Below are positions 13,621 to 27,399 of a DNA stretch of 64,000 nucleotides, piece after piece. The DNA lies in contig OX597818.1 of the NCBI GenBank assembly GCA_951406725.2, positions 99,696,001-99,760,000 of the forward strand, read 5' to 3'. The notes under the pieces were generated by a model that did no database searches, was not told where the DNA came from, and worked only from the letters and a program-made list of their open reading frames with translations. The first letter of the stretch is position 1, and each line of letters starts with the position of its first letter. Made by a program: the position numbers and the translations under genes. Source of the stretch: Octopus vulgaris. Its lineage: Eukaryota.

Positions 13621-15084
13621 CGTGTGTGTGTTTAGGCAATCTTATTTGCACACCATAGGTTTAATTGCTGGAATATATTGAATATTTACACAGAATCCCC
13701 TTAAATCTAATTTCTTAAGAAGTCATGCTGTTTCTGGTTATTGTTAAGTCCAGCTCTCCAAGTTTGGCCCTGAAGCAATTAGTTATATAAACCAGTGTCT
13801 CAATAGTTGAAGGTAACTATTTGAATTCATAGTTCGGCTGTAATATACGTGTAGATCTCTCAATAGTTCAGCACATATGTTTTTGTTTGCAGTTGCCTTA
13901 TGTTTACAGTTGCTATAATCTTGATTTCTGATCCTGTTCACACTTTCTTTTCTCTTTACCCAATTGTTATGCTTACAATGAACAGAACATTCCACTTACA
14001 TCATTTTGTAGTGTGGATGAATATATCTTCTACATCACAGCATCCTTTCTAATATATAGTCTTCATGCATCTTTTTTTTTATATATGGTTATATATTTCA
14101 TTCTCTAGAACTATCATATATACGCATTACATACCACTTGTGTGTATCAGATGTGTTATTATTCTCTGATCTTGGTTCGCTAATAAATATTATTTAAGGA
14201 GAAAGTTAATGCACTTATTGTTGATCCATGACAACCCATAATACTGTCATTCTCAAGTTTTTTGTCACCATAGACAAATATAACTTACCGCTGATAAGCA
14301 GAAAGTCTTTTCTCATCTGTTCTCTTACCATGCATACACATAGCATTAAGCTCGAAGCTCTTGTCACTAGCTTGGAGATGATTCTTTTTGAGGGACTATT
14401 TTCCGTATTTCATAAGTCATTTTTCCTCCTACATTTAAACTTGAATCACGGATGCACTTCAACATTTTCTGCTTTATAAATGCTCTTGAAGATAAAGTTG
14501 GCGGCATTTAGAGGCTGTCATTGATTCGGATCTCAACAAGCGTGGTATGGAGTGGTGCAGATTTGTGAAGAATGCTTATTAATACAACAAATATATTGTA
14601 GGACATTGCTTAATGTAGAAATCATTTAGGAGCATGGTTTTAGTGAGTTCTTTTGTTTCTGGCTACGCGCTCCTTCTTACCAGTTTCTTGTTACGAGATA
14701 TTTTTATCCTTAAATACCTGTTGTTCCCTAATCGAATATCAGCCATTCAGACCGTTGATAAGAATGTCACTTGACTGGAATCTTTTCCTTTCGATTTATA
14801 AACAATACAATCATTTTCCATGTTAAACCTTATCACCTAGCCCTTGAGAATATAGCGATCAATCAAAGCTCATCTTCGTACAATTCATAGTTTTGGTGTA
14901 TGCATTCATGTTGTTTACACTTCTCTTATGAGACCCTTTAAATATTAGCAGTTATAGAGGAATAAGTGTTTCAGCACAAGTATATACATTATTAAGGGGC
15001 AATTAACTCTTTGAAATTTACTCCTGAAATACTCCATCCTATCAAGGACAATAGAATTACTATTGAAATTCAAGAATGGTGAAT

Positions 15085-15594
15085 CAGGACAAAGTCAGAC
15101 TGTTGACGACCTATTTTTAATGGTCTCTACAAGTGTAGCTAGAAGTACGCCTCTAGTGGGGAACGGAATTGAATGATTTCACGTAATCTAGTCAGACTGT
15201 AACCAATTTTTTCGCACTTTGTCGTCATATCTCTGACATCATAGCTTTGTTTGATTTAGTTGTTCAATACATTCTTAAACCCTTTCCTTCCCAGCTGTTC
15301 ATATGTACGTTTGTGCACGCGCAACACACATTCACTCACAGGACAAAGTCAGACTGTTGACGACCTATTTTTAATGGTCTCTACAAGTGTAGCTAGAAGT
15401 ACGCCTCTAGTGGGGAACGGAATTGAATGATTTCACGTAATCTAGTCAGACTGTAACCAATTTTTTCGCACTTTGTCGTCATATCTCTGACATCATAGCT
15501 TTGTTTGATTTAGTTGTTCAATACATTCTTAAACCCTTTCCTTCCCAGCTGTTCATATGTACGTTTGTGCACGCGCAACACACATTCACTCACA
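15085..15594. repeat. Apparently perfect 254-bp tandem duplication
   Basis: 15085-15338 equals 15339-15592 by eye; 2-bp CA microhomology at the junction. Confidence 0.92.
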
Positions 15595-15991
15595 TGCACA
15601 TACACGTATATATTTACGTACAGTACATATATAAGCTGGAAGAAATATTGATAAGAATATATAGAGACGATTACAATGAAAGCTTGCAAGATCATTCCAC
15701 AGAGAGATTGAAAATAGCTTGACAGATAAGAGAAAAACGATCACTGGTAGGAGACACCTAAAGAAAGAGTGAGAGAGTGGGAAGAGAAATGGAGAGAGAT
15801 AGGGAGAGATGGGCAGATGAGGAAAGAAAGGGAGAAGAGAGGAGAGAGAGATTGAAATCGAAAGTGAAAAGAGAATAGATGAATACAGAAAAGCATGAAA
15901 GGCATACAAAAATAGATGTGGAAAGAATAGATGGGAACAATGACGTGTTGCGTACATGTGTGTATGTGTGTGATTGTACGTCTGTGTGTGT

Positions 15992-16024
<33 letters not shown>

Positions 16025-16880
16025 CAGAGAAAGGGACGGTAGTAGAAAGGGGAAAAGAGTAAAATGACACAGACATTGGAGGTGAAAGGGACAAAAAAAA
16101 AAAGAGAGAAAAAGGAAAAAAAAAAACGGGAACGAAGTGATTTACTTGTAAAATGTATTTGTTCATTGTTATGTATACGTTCGTACATGCGGATATATGA
16201 ACCTATGCATATTTTATGCCTATGTGCCTGTGTGTAATTATGTTTGTGTATTTGTATATTCGGTTGTGTGCGTGTATGTGTGAGTAACCATGTGATTTGG
16301 GCCACTACCGTCGCATGCAACGTATAAAACAAAGAATTAATCTCAAAGATATTTTTTTCTACTTCAATCCTACTACTTTAGAAGTACTTTGTAGTGTTAT
16401 TCTTATAGTGTTTGTTGTTGCCGTTATTGTTGTTGCAGTTACTGCTACTATTGTTGTTGGTGTTGTTGTTGTTGTTGTTGGAAAATGTATAAACAAGATA
16501 AAGAAATAAATTTGACAGGCATCAGATCAAGGAAGAGGTCAAAGCCGAAGAATAGATATGAGTTTAGTGAATGACTTAGTAAACGATGGATGAAGAATGA
16601 GCTGAAGAAGCAAGGGAGACGGCGTAGGGACGAAGAAGGAAGTAGAAGATATACATACACACACACACATATATATATATATATACATATAAATGCCTAA
16701 ATACATACACACATACATGCATAAATAGATGCATACATAATACATACATCATACGTATATACGTACATACATACACATATACACACACATATGTATATAT
16801 AGATGCGTTTATGTGTGTATATGTGTGTACGATAGAATTAGACAGTTTAGTGAAGCTGAGTTTTAACGAATATGTGAGTG

Positions 16881-16927
<47 letters not shown>

Positions 16928-17113
16928 GTGTTCAGAGGTATTGGCGAATTTTGATATACACACACTCTCATAGATGAATATGTGTGTGCATGTTTATGTG
17001 TATGTATGTGTATTCATCTATACACGTGTTTGCATGTGTCTGTATATATGTATGCATACAGATGCGTGCGTGTATAGACACGCATACAAACCACGCCACA
17101 AACATATATACAT

Positions 17114-17175
<62 letters not shown>

Positions 17176-17493
17176 ATATATTCCTATGTCTGCAACTGTC
17201 ATGCCAGATTTGATTCCTAAGGCTTTACGGACCAAAAACTTCCACAAAGATTTCTCTGTATATTACAGTTGTGATTTGTCATTGATCTCCTCTGGAATTT
17301 AATTTCTTGCCAATGAGGGGGCGGTATAAAACTAGGTTACCTATTTACAGCTACGCGAACTGGGCCATTGGGTGTTATTTATTCTTTTCACATACTCTAC
17401 GGGTTTTCGAAGCATAAAGACAGAACCTTCAGTTCTCTGGTATATGTCGGCAGCGTGTTTCGTTTCCTGAATTGCCTTTTAATATATGTTTGC

Positions 17494-17524
<31 letters not shown>

Positions 17525-18136
17525 TGTATGTATTTATGTATGTATGTATGTATGTATGTATGTATGTGTCTATGTGTGTGTGTGCGCGTATGTATGTATG
17601 TTGATATATTCCCTTTTAATTTTACTCAGATCTTCCTCTAAGGAATAACCAAGTTTCTAATAAAGATACAAAGCCCTGTCGTTGGAATGTAGGTAATAGA
17701 AGCAAGCCCACATTATAAACTTGAGAGATGTCTTATATATTTATGTTGTTCCACTTACAGGTTATATTTTTAACGTGCAAATTGGCTAGTTGATTCCTTT
17801 TTCTGAAAACCCTAGCTTATCGAGAATGTCAGTGAGGCATTTGCTCAGAAAACGAGATGCACCTGTTGATATTGGTATAAATGTAAATATATAATATGGG
17901 GGTTTCGAAGCAGTTTTCCGTAGTTATCTCATGTATGTATGTATGCATGTATGTATATACATATGGATGTAAGTAAGTACCTATGTATGCATATATGTGT
18001 GCATGTATGTACGTATATGCGTACATTACATATTTCCTATATATAATGTATAAAATGAAGTCAATGGTATTGCGAATGCATTTCCTACGCTCACACTGTT
18101 GAAAGGATCCGGAGTGGATTTTGGTAACGGGCACTG

Positions 18137-18207
<71 letters not shown>

Positions 18208-18212
<5 letters not shown>

Positions 18213-18548
18213 TTAGAGCTAAAACCACTATTAGGCAAATCAAATTTTTCCCTGTAAGTTTGGATTTACTCCCTAATATTATTATTATTATTATATATAT
18301 ATATTCCTAAAAAATGCATATACAACTTCAATACCCATACATATCTTGCATCTATTTTCTTTCCCCCACCTCACTCTCTATTTTGTATCACATCTAAACT
18401 AACTATGACTTAACTATTCTCTCACACCGTCTCCGATGAAAGGATATAATTAATATATATCCTAGAAACAGCTGTAAGACCTATCTATAAATCGTCTAAT
18501 ATCTACACACCCTTGTTTTTGTTATCTTATTACGCAAAAAATTCTGAT
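18208..18548 (+). mobile_element. Penelope-like pLTR remnant (HHR family 3) in a (TA)n context
   Basis: Contains a minimal HHR at 18429-18480 and is bordered by TA tracts; boundaries approximate. Confidence 0.5.
18429..18480 (+). ncRNA. Minimal type I hammerhead fold, CCGAUGA core
   Basis: gtct-CCGATGA-a-aggatata..tatatcct-a-GAAA-cagctg-TA-agac; palindromic helix III (acagctgt), GUA site. Confidence 0.62.
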
Positions 18549-18579
18549 ATATATGCATATGTGAGCGTGTGTATGTTCG

Positions 18580-18628
<49 letters not shown>

Positions 18629-20116
18629 TTATATATGTATGTATGTTTGTATGCATGAATTTATGTATATGACGTTGGCCTCTCCTAAAATAGGAGTTGA
18701 AAACCACATTAGCCGCAAGTTATTGAACCAACTTTTACTTATATAGTATTATCGCTGCCTAGATCAGGGAGCTGATTCTACTCAGTGATATCTTGTTGCA
18801 GATGTGTGTTCTGGATTATTCGGGAGCTATACAGAACACCAACAACTCTAACTGCCAACCATTCAACGATTTTTTGCTGAAGAATTTGTTGATGTTGCTT
18901 TATGAGAAGTATTTATAAATTGTAGTCTTCTATGTTACTAATCATGTTAGAACCGTATACATGAGAGATTTCTAATGTAATAATCTTTCGTCCATTAGAA
19001 TTTACGTCTGATCATAAAAAAATATTTCACAGTTCATTACATTTGTCATGTTTCTGCTGAAAAACCAGTAGAAGTCGTTACTTTTTTAGAAGTCTTTATC
19101 AATTTGAGCAAAATCTATTGTGTGACTGTAGTTACATCTATTTAAACTGGTGAGATACATTAATCATATTTTATATGTTTTTAGAAGACTCGTTATTCTA
19201 TATACACATTGTTAACTGATTTTTGTGTGCAATATTTCAGAGAACATTGTCTCTGTTGAACGTTACTTCGCCTAGATAATATTTTTTTTCTAAAATTGTT
19301 CATTTTAAGTTTTTCAAATTGTATGTGCAAGAAGTATTCGTACTGTTTCCTGAAAAGTTCATGTGTGTATATAATTTCGATGTATAGGAATGCTACGTTT
19401 ATTGCTTCCAAGACTACGAGTGATCTGAGAAACTGCTGTTATCGAGAAACAAATTCCATCAATATTTAACAAAACTGAACCAAACGTTGCGATTCTGATA
19501 AAATTGTTATTTGTCGTATGACCAGTGATTTACAAGCCATCATTTATAAAATATATAAACAAACAAATAAATAGATAAATAAATACATAAATAAATAGAA
19601 AATCTGTCAGCGAAAAAGAATTCATATCCATCCGAAGGAAATAGTGTGCGACTCAAATACGGACTAATCCTTCTAACACACTCATACACAAAAACAGACG
19701 AACCTCCACACACAGGTAAATACCTACAAACCAATGGCTATTCAGTTTTAAATATAATTACATTTACATTAACAATTCTGTCAATCATTCTGGAGTAAAT
19801 AAATATTAGTTTGCGATTTAATTTTGTCCTAAAAATATTCTCTATTTCACTGTATATCTGGTTTATTTCGTTAACATTTATAAATACCTGGCATTCCAAA
19901 AATACGCCATTCTCATTCTGTTGATTGGACAAGAATTGTTTGCATATATTTCTCATAACGTGTTTTTTGACTAAATCGTGTATCTCTCTTCACTCTTGTC
20001 AGCAATATATTTATATAGTATTTCAGCTATTTAATTGTTGAATGCAAATCAACTCAGATATATCAAATATTATATTCTTCCAAACACGTATACGCACACG
20101 AACGCCACACATGTAT

Positions 20117-20159
<43 letters not shown>

Positions 20160-20376
20160 AGTGTGTGTGTGCTTGTGCGTAAACATACATTCATACATAC
20201 TAATATACATACATATATATATATATGTATGTAAGTATATAATGTTCAACTCATATTACTTGACTTTGAGTACATACATACGTTATACAAACATGAACAC
20301 AAATATACATCACGCTGATTGTATATACGAAGTGCACAACCACGCATGCATGCACCCATATATGTGTGCACATACA

Positions 20377-20434
<58 letters not shown>

Positions 20435-20509
20435 GTATATATATATGAATGTATGCATGTATATATACATACATACATACATATATATATATGTATGTAT
20501 GTATATATA

Positions 20510-20552
<43 letters not shown>

Positions 20553-20689
20553 GCATTCAAGTTATTGAGCATTTATCGTTGACTTAATGTATGTATCATT
20601 TATCTATATTTACATGTGTGTATGAGTATACATGAATATATACATGCATACATACATATATACATACACACTCATATATATATATACAC

Positions 20690-20751
<62 letters not shown>

Positions 20752-21802
20752 AAGAGTGATACTAGAAAAGAGAGTGCGGGAGATATTGGGCAAGAGTTGT
20801 GATAGATAAATTAAGAGATATCTAAATAAAGGATATGATGTATTTCTCTCATGAATCATTTTTCTTCTCTCAAATTAATCATTTCCGTTGATGGCGGTAT
20901 GAATTTTCAATTTCCCCAGCATTACAACCGCCTCAGCAATTGCTGAAGCAACAAGAACACAACTTTCTCTGCGATAATTTATTGTCTGTATATCATAACA
21001 CCTGAGATAATTTCAATTTTCATGTCCACCCCTCCTCGATGAACATACACACATACACATACATACATACATACATACATACATACATACATACATGCAT
21101 CCATACATACATGCATACATACGTAAATACATACATAAATACTTGCATGCATGTGTACATACATGCAGAATGTATATATGTATGCTTGTTCGTATCCATG
21201 TATAGTTTTGATGTTTATGTAACCAAATATGAGATCAGCTTCTGATTTCAATGTGGAAATGCTTTCTTATGGTTCACTCACCAATCATCCACAAAGTAGC
21301 ATTTAGCTTCCACCGTCTCGTTTTCTGTCTCCTAGAAACTCTATGAAATAACTACGGGGTATTCGTTCCTGTGAAATCCAGCATTGCATTATACTTTCGG
21401 TTCATACTGTAAATTATCGCACTAAGCTATCTTTAATATATTTGATGAAATATGATCTTACCAACTTCTTTACATATGACATTACACAGGGAAAAGAGGA
21501 ATATTTCTTCTCAAGACATGACGTAAACTCATATTTTTCTTGTTTCTCTTGCGTAAAATGTGTTTTGTAACACGAATAACTAAATATCTGTCCTAACCCG
21601 CGGCCGTGTTTTAATCGAAGGGCAGTTAGTTTTCAAAGAGAGCTAAAACATCTCTTTGAAGTTACCAACTGCAAATGTGCTCTTGCCAGTAGAATTCTTT
21701 GAGCTGGGTATATACACTGAGCTGGGTGTATACACTGGGTTTCTAGCTAGCTATCTCAATCAATAAGATTCATTAAAAAAATATACAATTACTTACATTC
21801 AT

Positions 21803-21842
<40 letters not shown>

Positions 21843-21952
21843 ATATGTATATTTATGCATATGTATGTTTGTGTGTGTATATGAAGGCGCGTGGCTTTGT
21901 CGTTCCTCTACGATCGTACGAATATATAGCGAATAAATAACGCCAATCTTCT

Positions 21953-21989
<37 letters not shown>

Positions 21990-21991
<2 letters not shown>

Positions 21992-22231
21992 CCAGAGGAA
22001 GCACATAAATGCGAAACAAGGTGGAAAAAATGGTACTCGAAACGCACAGGTTGAGTAATATGCTTTATTAGAAAGCAGCAAAAATATCATAAAAACTGTT
22101 ACTCAGAATTTCCCGATCCCGTTTGTCGGACAGTTTGTTTAGATTCTAAACAAAACTATCCGACGAACGGGAACTTGAAACTCTGAGTAACAGTTTTTGT
22201 GATATTTTTGCTGCTTTTTAATAAAGTATAT
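21990..22231. mobile_element. Inverted pair of Penelope-like pLTR ends (HHR family 4), ~174-bp palindrome
   Basis: Arms 22058-22143 and 22145-22231 are reverse complements. Each arm contains an HHR-like core. Confidence 0.7.
22152..22197 (+). ncRNA. Minimal hammerhead-like fold, CCGACGA core (mirror copy on minus strand at 22092-22136)
   Basis: aaaactat-CCGACGA-acgggaactt-GAAA-ctc t gag-TA-acagtttt; helix II is weakened. Confidence 0.55.
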
Positions 22232-22546
22232 ATAATAGCATGGACACAGCTCGTGAGCTGAAACTAGATGAAATAAAATACATAATATATATATACCTGT
22301 ATGCATATATACATACATACCGATGTATGTTTGGACAGTTTGATATTGTTTTATATAGATTATACAAAATGTTGCTTCACTTAACGTGTTTTAAGTGTCA
22401 CTGTTTCATTCAGAGGCTGTGCCTATGTAAAATTAGTATTGTCAGCATTAGGAACTATAATCTTTTTACACCTGCGTAAAACAGTTTTATAACGCACCTT
22501 GTTATGAATTCTGTCTAAATGTACAAAACAATAACGAGCTTTAAAG

Positions 22547-22677
<131 letters not shown>

Positions 22678-23332
22678 GGCATTATAAAATCAAATGGCAT
22701 TATAAAATCATAAAGCATTATAAAATCAAAACCGCTGACTAATGGTATAAACACCACCCTGAAGCTGTGACTGAGGGAGAAAATGTGTCGATTCTCTGGG
22801 ACTTCCCCGTACATACCGACAAGTGTATAAAAGCTAATAAACCGGATATTATCATAAAAGATCAGACAAAAAGGATGTGTTTATTAATTGACATGAGTAT
22901 TCCTTGCAATTACTATATAGCGGCGAAAGAATTTGACAAGATCAGTAAATATAAAGACCTGCTAATAGAAACTGAAAAAATATGGCATCTCAAGGCGACT
23001 ACAGTACCAGTGATTGTAGGATCTCTAGGAATGATAAAAAAAAAGGTACTGAAACCTATTTGAAAACGATGAGAGGCTTATCATCCCTACAGGAAGTGCA
23101 AAAAATCGTGTCAACTGGAACGGCTCATGTACTGAGAAAAGCATTATCGCTGTGAAAACAACTTCCACTCATGAATTTATTTAATTATTAGTTTTTTTAA
23201 ATGCATATTTTACCTGTAAATTTGCGTGTGTAATCTGGGAATGCATACAATGAGCTTCTCTGTACTAGATGTACGGAAAGCACTCGGTGAGAAACGGAAG
23301 AAAATTTGAAGAAAGAAGGAAAAAAAAAAAAT
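22678..23332 (+). mobile_element. 5'-truncated R4/Dong-type non-LTR retrotransposon (restriction-like endonuclease C-terminus plus 3' UTR)
   Basis: Translation ILWDFPVHTDKCIKANKPDIIIKD..LLIDMSIP..KISKYKDL..VPVIVGSLG is the PD..D RLE motif. After a poly-A frameshift it continues ..VQKIVSTGTAHVLRKALSL* to 23155. An upstream in-frame stop shows it is a pseudogene. Confidence 0.88.
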
Positions 23333-24046
23333 TAATCTTACTAAAGCTATTATCTTGATTGGCTAGTCCTGGTCATGCGGATCTATTGTCAAAGACATTC
23401 CAGCCACTACCACATCTTTCAGATATGACTTTCCTTTTCATTAGTACGATAGAGATTTGGCAATTATTTCTAGCAAAAGTTATTTCTAGTAAAAATACAG
23501 AGCATCCCTCGATAGCAGGATTACTCGATTACTGACACTAATGGTCTCATAGGCAAGCATGAAATCATATTCTCTCTATGAAAAATTCAAACCTCGATCG
23601 TAAGTAAAATGCTATTAAAAATAAAATGTTTTTGCATTAACAATACCGAGTTGTTGGCAAGAATTGGCGATTATTATAGATAAGATCAATTAGACTACAT
23701 TTTTCTTACTTTTTTTTCTTATAACAGATACTTGGGTCGTCTTCTCTTGAATTTTACATTTAGACTCATATTACATACAACGCTGTTATAGTGAAATATA
23801 TAATTATGTGGTACATATACAGAGCTAAGTACATTACTGCTTGGTAACTTTGTGTATTAGCTATTGACACATCACTGCGCAAGTAACGTGATACAAATTC
23901 CAGACATTACATTAGTTATTAGCAACTCGTTATATTATCTTACTTTATCGAATGCAGTCACGATACAAGGAGGAAACTAGCAAGGTATCAATTCATACAT
24001 ATACACAGATTTTTAAGATTTTAGATGTTAACCAGCAAAAATGAAT

Positions 24047-24094
24047 TTCTTCTTCTTCTTCTTCTTCTTCTTCTTCTTCTTCTTCTTCTTCTTC

Positions 24095-24129
<35 letters not shown>

Positions 24130-24139
24130 TATAATTATA

Positions 24140-24171
<32 letters not shown>

Positions 24172-24181
24172 TATAATTATA

Positions 24182-24213
<32 letters not shown>

Positions 24214-24225
24214 TATAATTATAAT
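24047..24225. repeat. (CTT)n followed by three higher-order units of (TAG)n-TATAATTATA
   Basis: Directly visible. Confidence 0.9.
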
Positions 24226-24295
24226 TATTGTTAATTTCAGGATCATGTGTAAACACTTGTTTCGAAGACACGTTTTCAATAAGTAACGAATTTTT

Positions 24296-24472
24296 TTTCT
24301 TTATTGCCCACAGGGGGCTAAACATAGAGGAGACAAACAAGGACAAAGGGATTAAGTCGATTACATCGACCCCGGTACGTAACTGGTACTTATTTAATCG
24401 ACCTCGAAAGGATGAAAGGCAAAGTCCACCTCGGCGGAATTCGAACTCAGAACGTAACGGTAGACGAAATAC
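24296..24472 (-). mobile_element. SINE family A headless body monomer
   Basis: Matches the family A body and stops at gacgaaatac, the same point as the multimer junction. Confidence 0.88.
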
Positions 24473-25404
24473 GAGAGAGCCCGTACATGGTCACAAACCT
24501 GATAGAAATCAGCTAAATTCATCCTAGTTGATAAAGAAAACGATTGGTAATGTTCTACAGATGTGCCCAAAAAGATGGGGTTGGTCGGCTCAAACATGGT
24601 TGATCTGGGACTAAACAACTCCAGTTTATGATATGATGAAAGCAACATAAATGCAAAGTTGTGCAATAAACAGAATTGCTTTCCTTTTATACTAGTGGGT
24701 GTATGACACAATATATTACTGATTACTTTTCTTTGCCTCTATAAATTAGTTCTGTCTTCGCTCTACATTCTCCTTTGCTGACGTTAATACTTTAGTTTTA
24801 TTACATGCCATTTATAAAGAAAATACCGCTCTCTTATGTTAGTTAATTGAACATGACACGCTTGCCTGATTTTCCTTTCGATAGATGATGCTAAGAAACT
24901 TTTATAGTGGTTTCAGCAAATTAAAGTTTTTAATCGAACGTAATTATTCATTTTTATAATAAAGTTAAAGATAAACATAAATATACAAATAAATAATGAA
25001 TAAATAATATTTCTTATCTTTCTATTTAAAAAGGAAGAGAAGGAATAAAAAATTCAGCTTGAAGTTTGGCAATTTAACTTTATGTTTTGTTTTGTTTTAC
25101 CTTTCTGCCGTTATAATGGGGCACTGATCTTAAAAGTTTATAACAAATTTAAAATAAAAGACAAATACATTAAAATCTTTAAGTACATTAAAATCTTTAT
25201 CTATATTCTTATATTGCATCTTGAAGCTGAGCTGTGAAATAAAACGTTAATTTTATAAGAAAAATTATTAATGCAAAATGTATAATAAAATCTGTCGAGG
25301 TGAGATTAGAAATCAAACTAAAATTTTCAAATTTTTAAGCATAAAAATACACTACATTGTATTTTGACATAAAATGAAATATATATATATTATAAATCAT
25401 TAAA

Positions 25405-25535
25405 ATCAAATTCCACCAAGGTTGACTTTGCCTGTCATCCTTCGGGGTCGATAAAATAAAGTACCATTTGAATACTAGGGTCGATGTAATCGACTGTTCC
25501 TTTCCCCTCAGGCTTTGTGACTAAAGTTGAGAAGA
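25405..25535 (+). mobile_element. SINE family A-related fragment with a variant tail
   Basis: tcaaattccaccaaggttgactttgcctgtcatccttcggggtcgataaaataaagtacc. Confidence 0.75.
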
Positions 25536-25789
25536 AAAATATGTTATAAATCATTAAGAGATGCGATTTTGTGAGGTTCATGACCTTCCGAAGTTCATTA
25601 ATTTGAATTTGCATTAATCGATCACGGAAACATAGAGGAAATCTCGAATAAGATTTTACTGTATATGAGAACAGAGATATAAAATCTTTGCTTTGTTGGG
25701 GATGGGTGAAGTTGGCTAAATGAAAATTCAGTGAATTGTAAGAATTGAACGAAGAAAAGAGAGTAAACCGAAAACTGATAATAGTAGAA

Positions 25790-26157
25790 TAGAAATATTA
25801 ACATTTCTAAGTCTCTCTAAAGGAGACTACGGCAGCGGTACTGGAAATTAACAGTTCACCAAGCTAATATGGCTGCCCATAAATATACGACGGAAGCTGC
25901 CTTTGATTAGCTTCAAGAGGCCATCGCCTCTAGCTAGTTATATGACACACGAACCTGTGTCCATTATAGCCTTCGAACAGGGGAGGTCAGCCGCTTCCCC
26001 TTGCTGGTCAGGCATCTGTAGACATGTTTCAGGGTATTTGCCCTTTATCAATGCAGAGTAGCCAAAACCAGCAGGCGTCGCTACTAACCATCTGTTCGAA
26101 GGATTATTTACCTAATTTCAGTGGAATACATCCACTGGTTTTCGAAAATAGAAAATT
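25790..26157 (-). mobile_element. Retrozyme-like element, unit-length monomer with 14-bp TSD
   Basis: Homologous to 2762-3194; flanked by TGATAATAGTAGAA at 25776-25789 and 26158-26171. Confidence 0.8.
26015..26057 (-). ncRNA. Minimal type I hammerhead ribozyme fold, U3-A8 core variant
   Basis: Minus strand: tctgca-TTGATAA-aggg caaata ccct-GAAA-catg-TC-tacaga; helix III palindrome acatgt. Confidence 0.7.
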
Positions 26158-26860
26158 TGATAATAGTAGAACTTGAATTTTAAACAGAAAATTTAGAGGC
26201 AACCCACATACAATGGGCTGTTCTTAAATTTTCCAAATTCTATCATTTACCGAAGGGACAAAAGCAAGGCTCAGGCAGGCGAGAGTTGAGCTCAGAAAAT
26301 AAAGGAACATAATTAGATGCTGTTATATAATATATTTCTCGTTCTATTGTTGTAATCAACTTACTGTTTTATTTTATGTTGATAAAATATATACAATTCT
26401 ATGTGGAATTATATTAGAATGGTATAATCACTCCTTTTATAAACAAAACGATAAGGGTTTTCCTTAATAAGTCGCAAATATGATGTGAGGATCCAGACAT
26501 AAACATTAAAAGATAGATATAAATTTAGAGACAGAGCGAGAATGAAAGAGAATGGGAAAGAAAGGAAACGAGAATAGTAGAGTAAAAGAGAGAGCGGTGA
26601 ACTGATTATAAAAACAAATAAGTTCATTTGCGAATACTGAAAGCTAAATCAATTACTAACAGAAATACAGAGAAACAAAGTTAGACAGAAGACGACTATA
26701 GACAGACAGAAATATAAATGAATATTCATAAAGAATCTGAAAGACCAATATATAAAAGTGAGTGATTATGATGTACAACGTGGTAAATGTACAGAAGAGT
26801 TAACTAACTATAAAGATGGATGGATATACACACACAGGAACACACACACACACGCACGCA

Positions 26861-26914
<54 letters not shown>

Positions 26915-27399
26915 TGTGCATATGTATGTATTCCAGCCAATGCATACATTCATTCATACATACATATATGCATACGCACATACATAATTAAACTGGCACA
27001 TACATATAAATATACGAACATACGCTCATACATGCATGTATGTATATATGATGTGCATACACAAAAATCCTTATATAATTGTATGTGAGAGTGTATATTT
27101 GTCTATCTCCCTCTCTATCTCTCACATAAAATATTATATGTAATATGTGTGTGTAAATACATACATAAATACATACATACATACATACATACATACATAC
27201 ATACATACATACATACATACATACATACAGTGAAACAGACAGACAGACCTAGTGATGTCATGATACGAATACATTAATTTAAATATGGAAGAAAATAACG
27301 AATTTAAAATAGTTTATAGACACTGACGTTATTACAATAACAGCCAAAGTGATAATAACGATAAATAAATGAAATAAATATAAAACTCGAATGTATATT

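Noticed and set aside
13680-15050. Possible ancient LINE relic (similar hints at 11200-11680, 18750-19050, 34580-34800, 43200-43400 and 55100-55750)
   Set aside because: Composition suggests decayed coding sequence, but no motif could be read with confidence.
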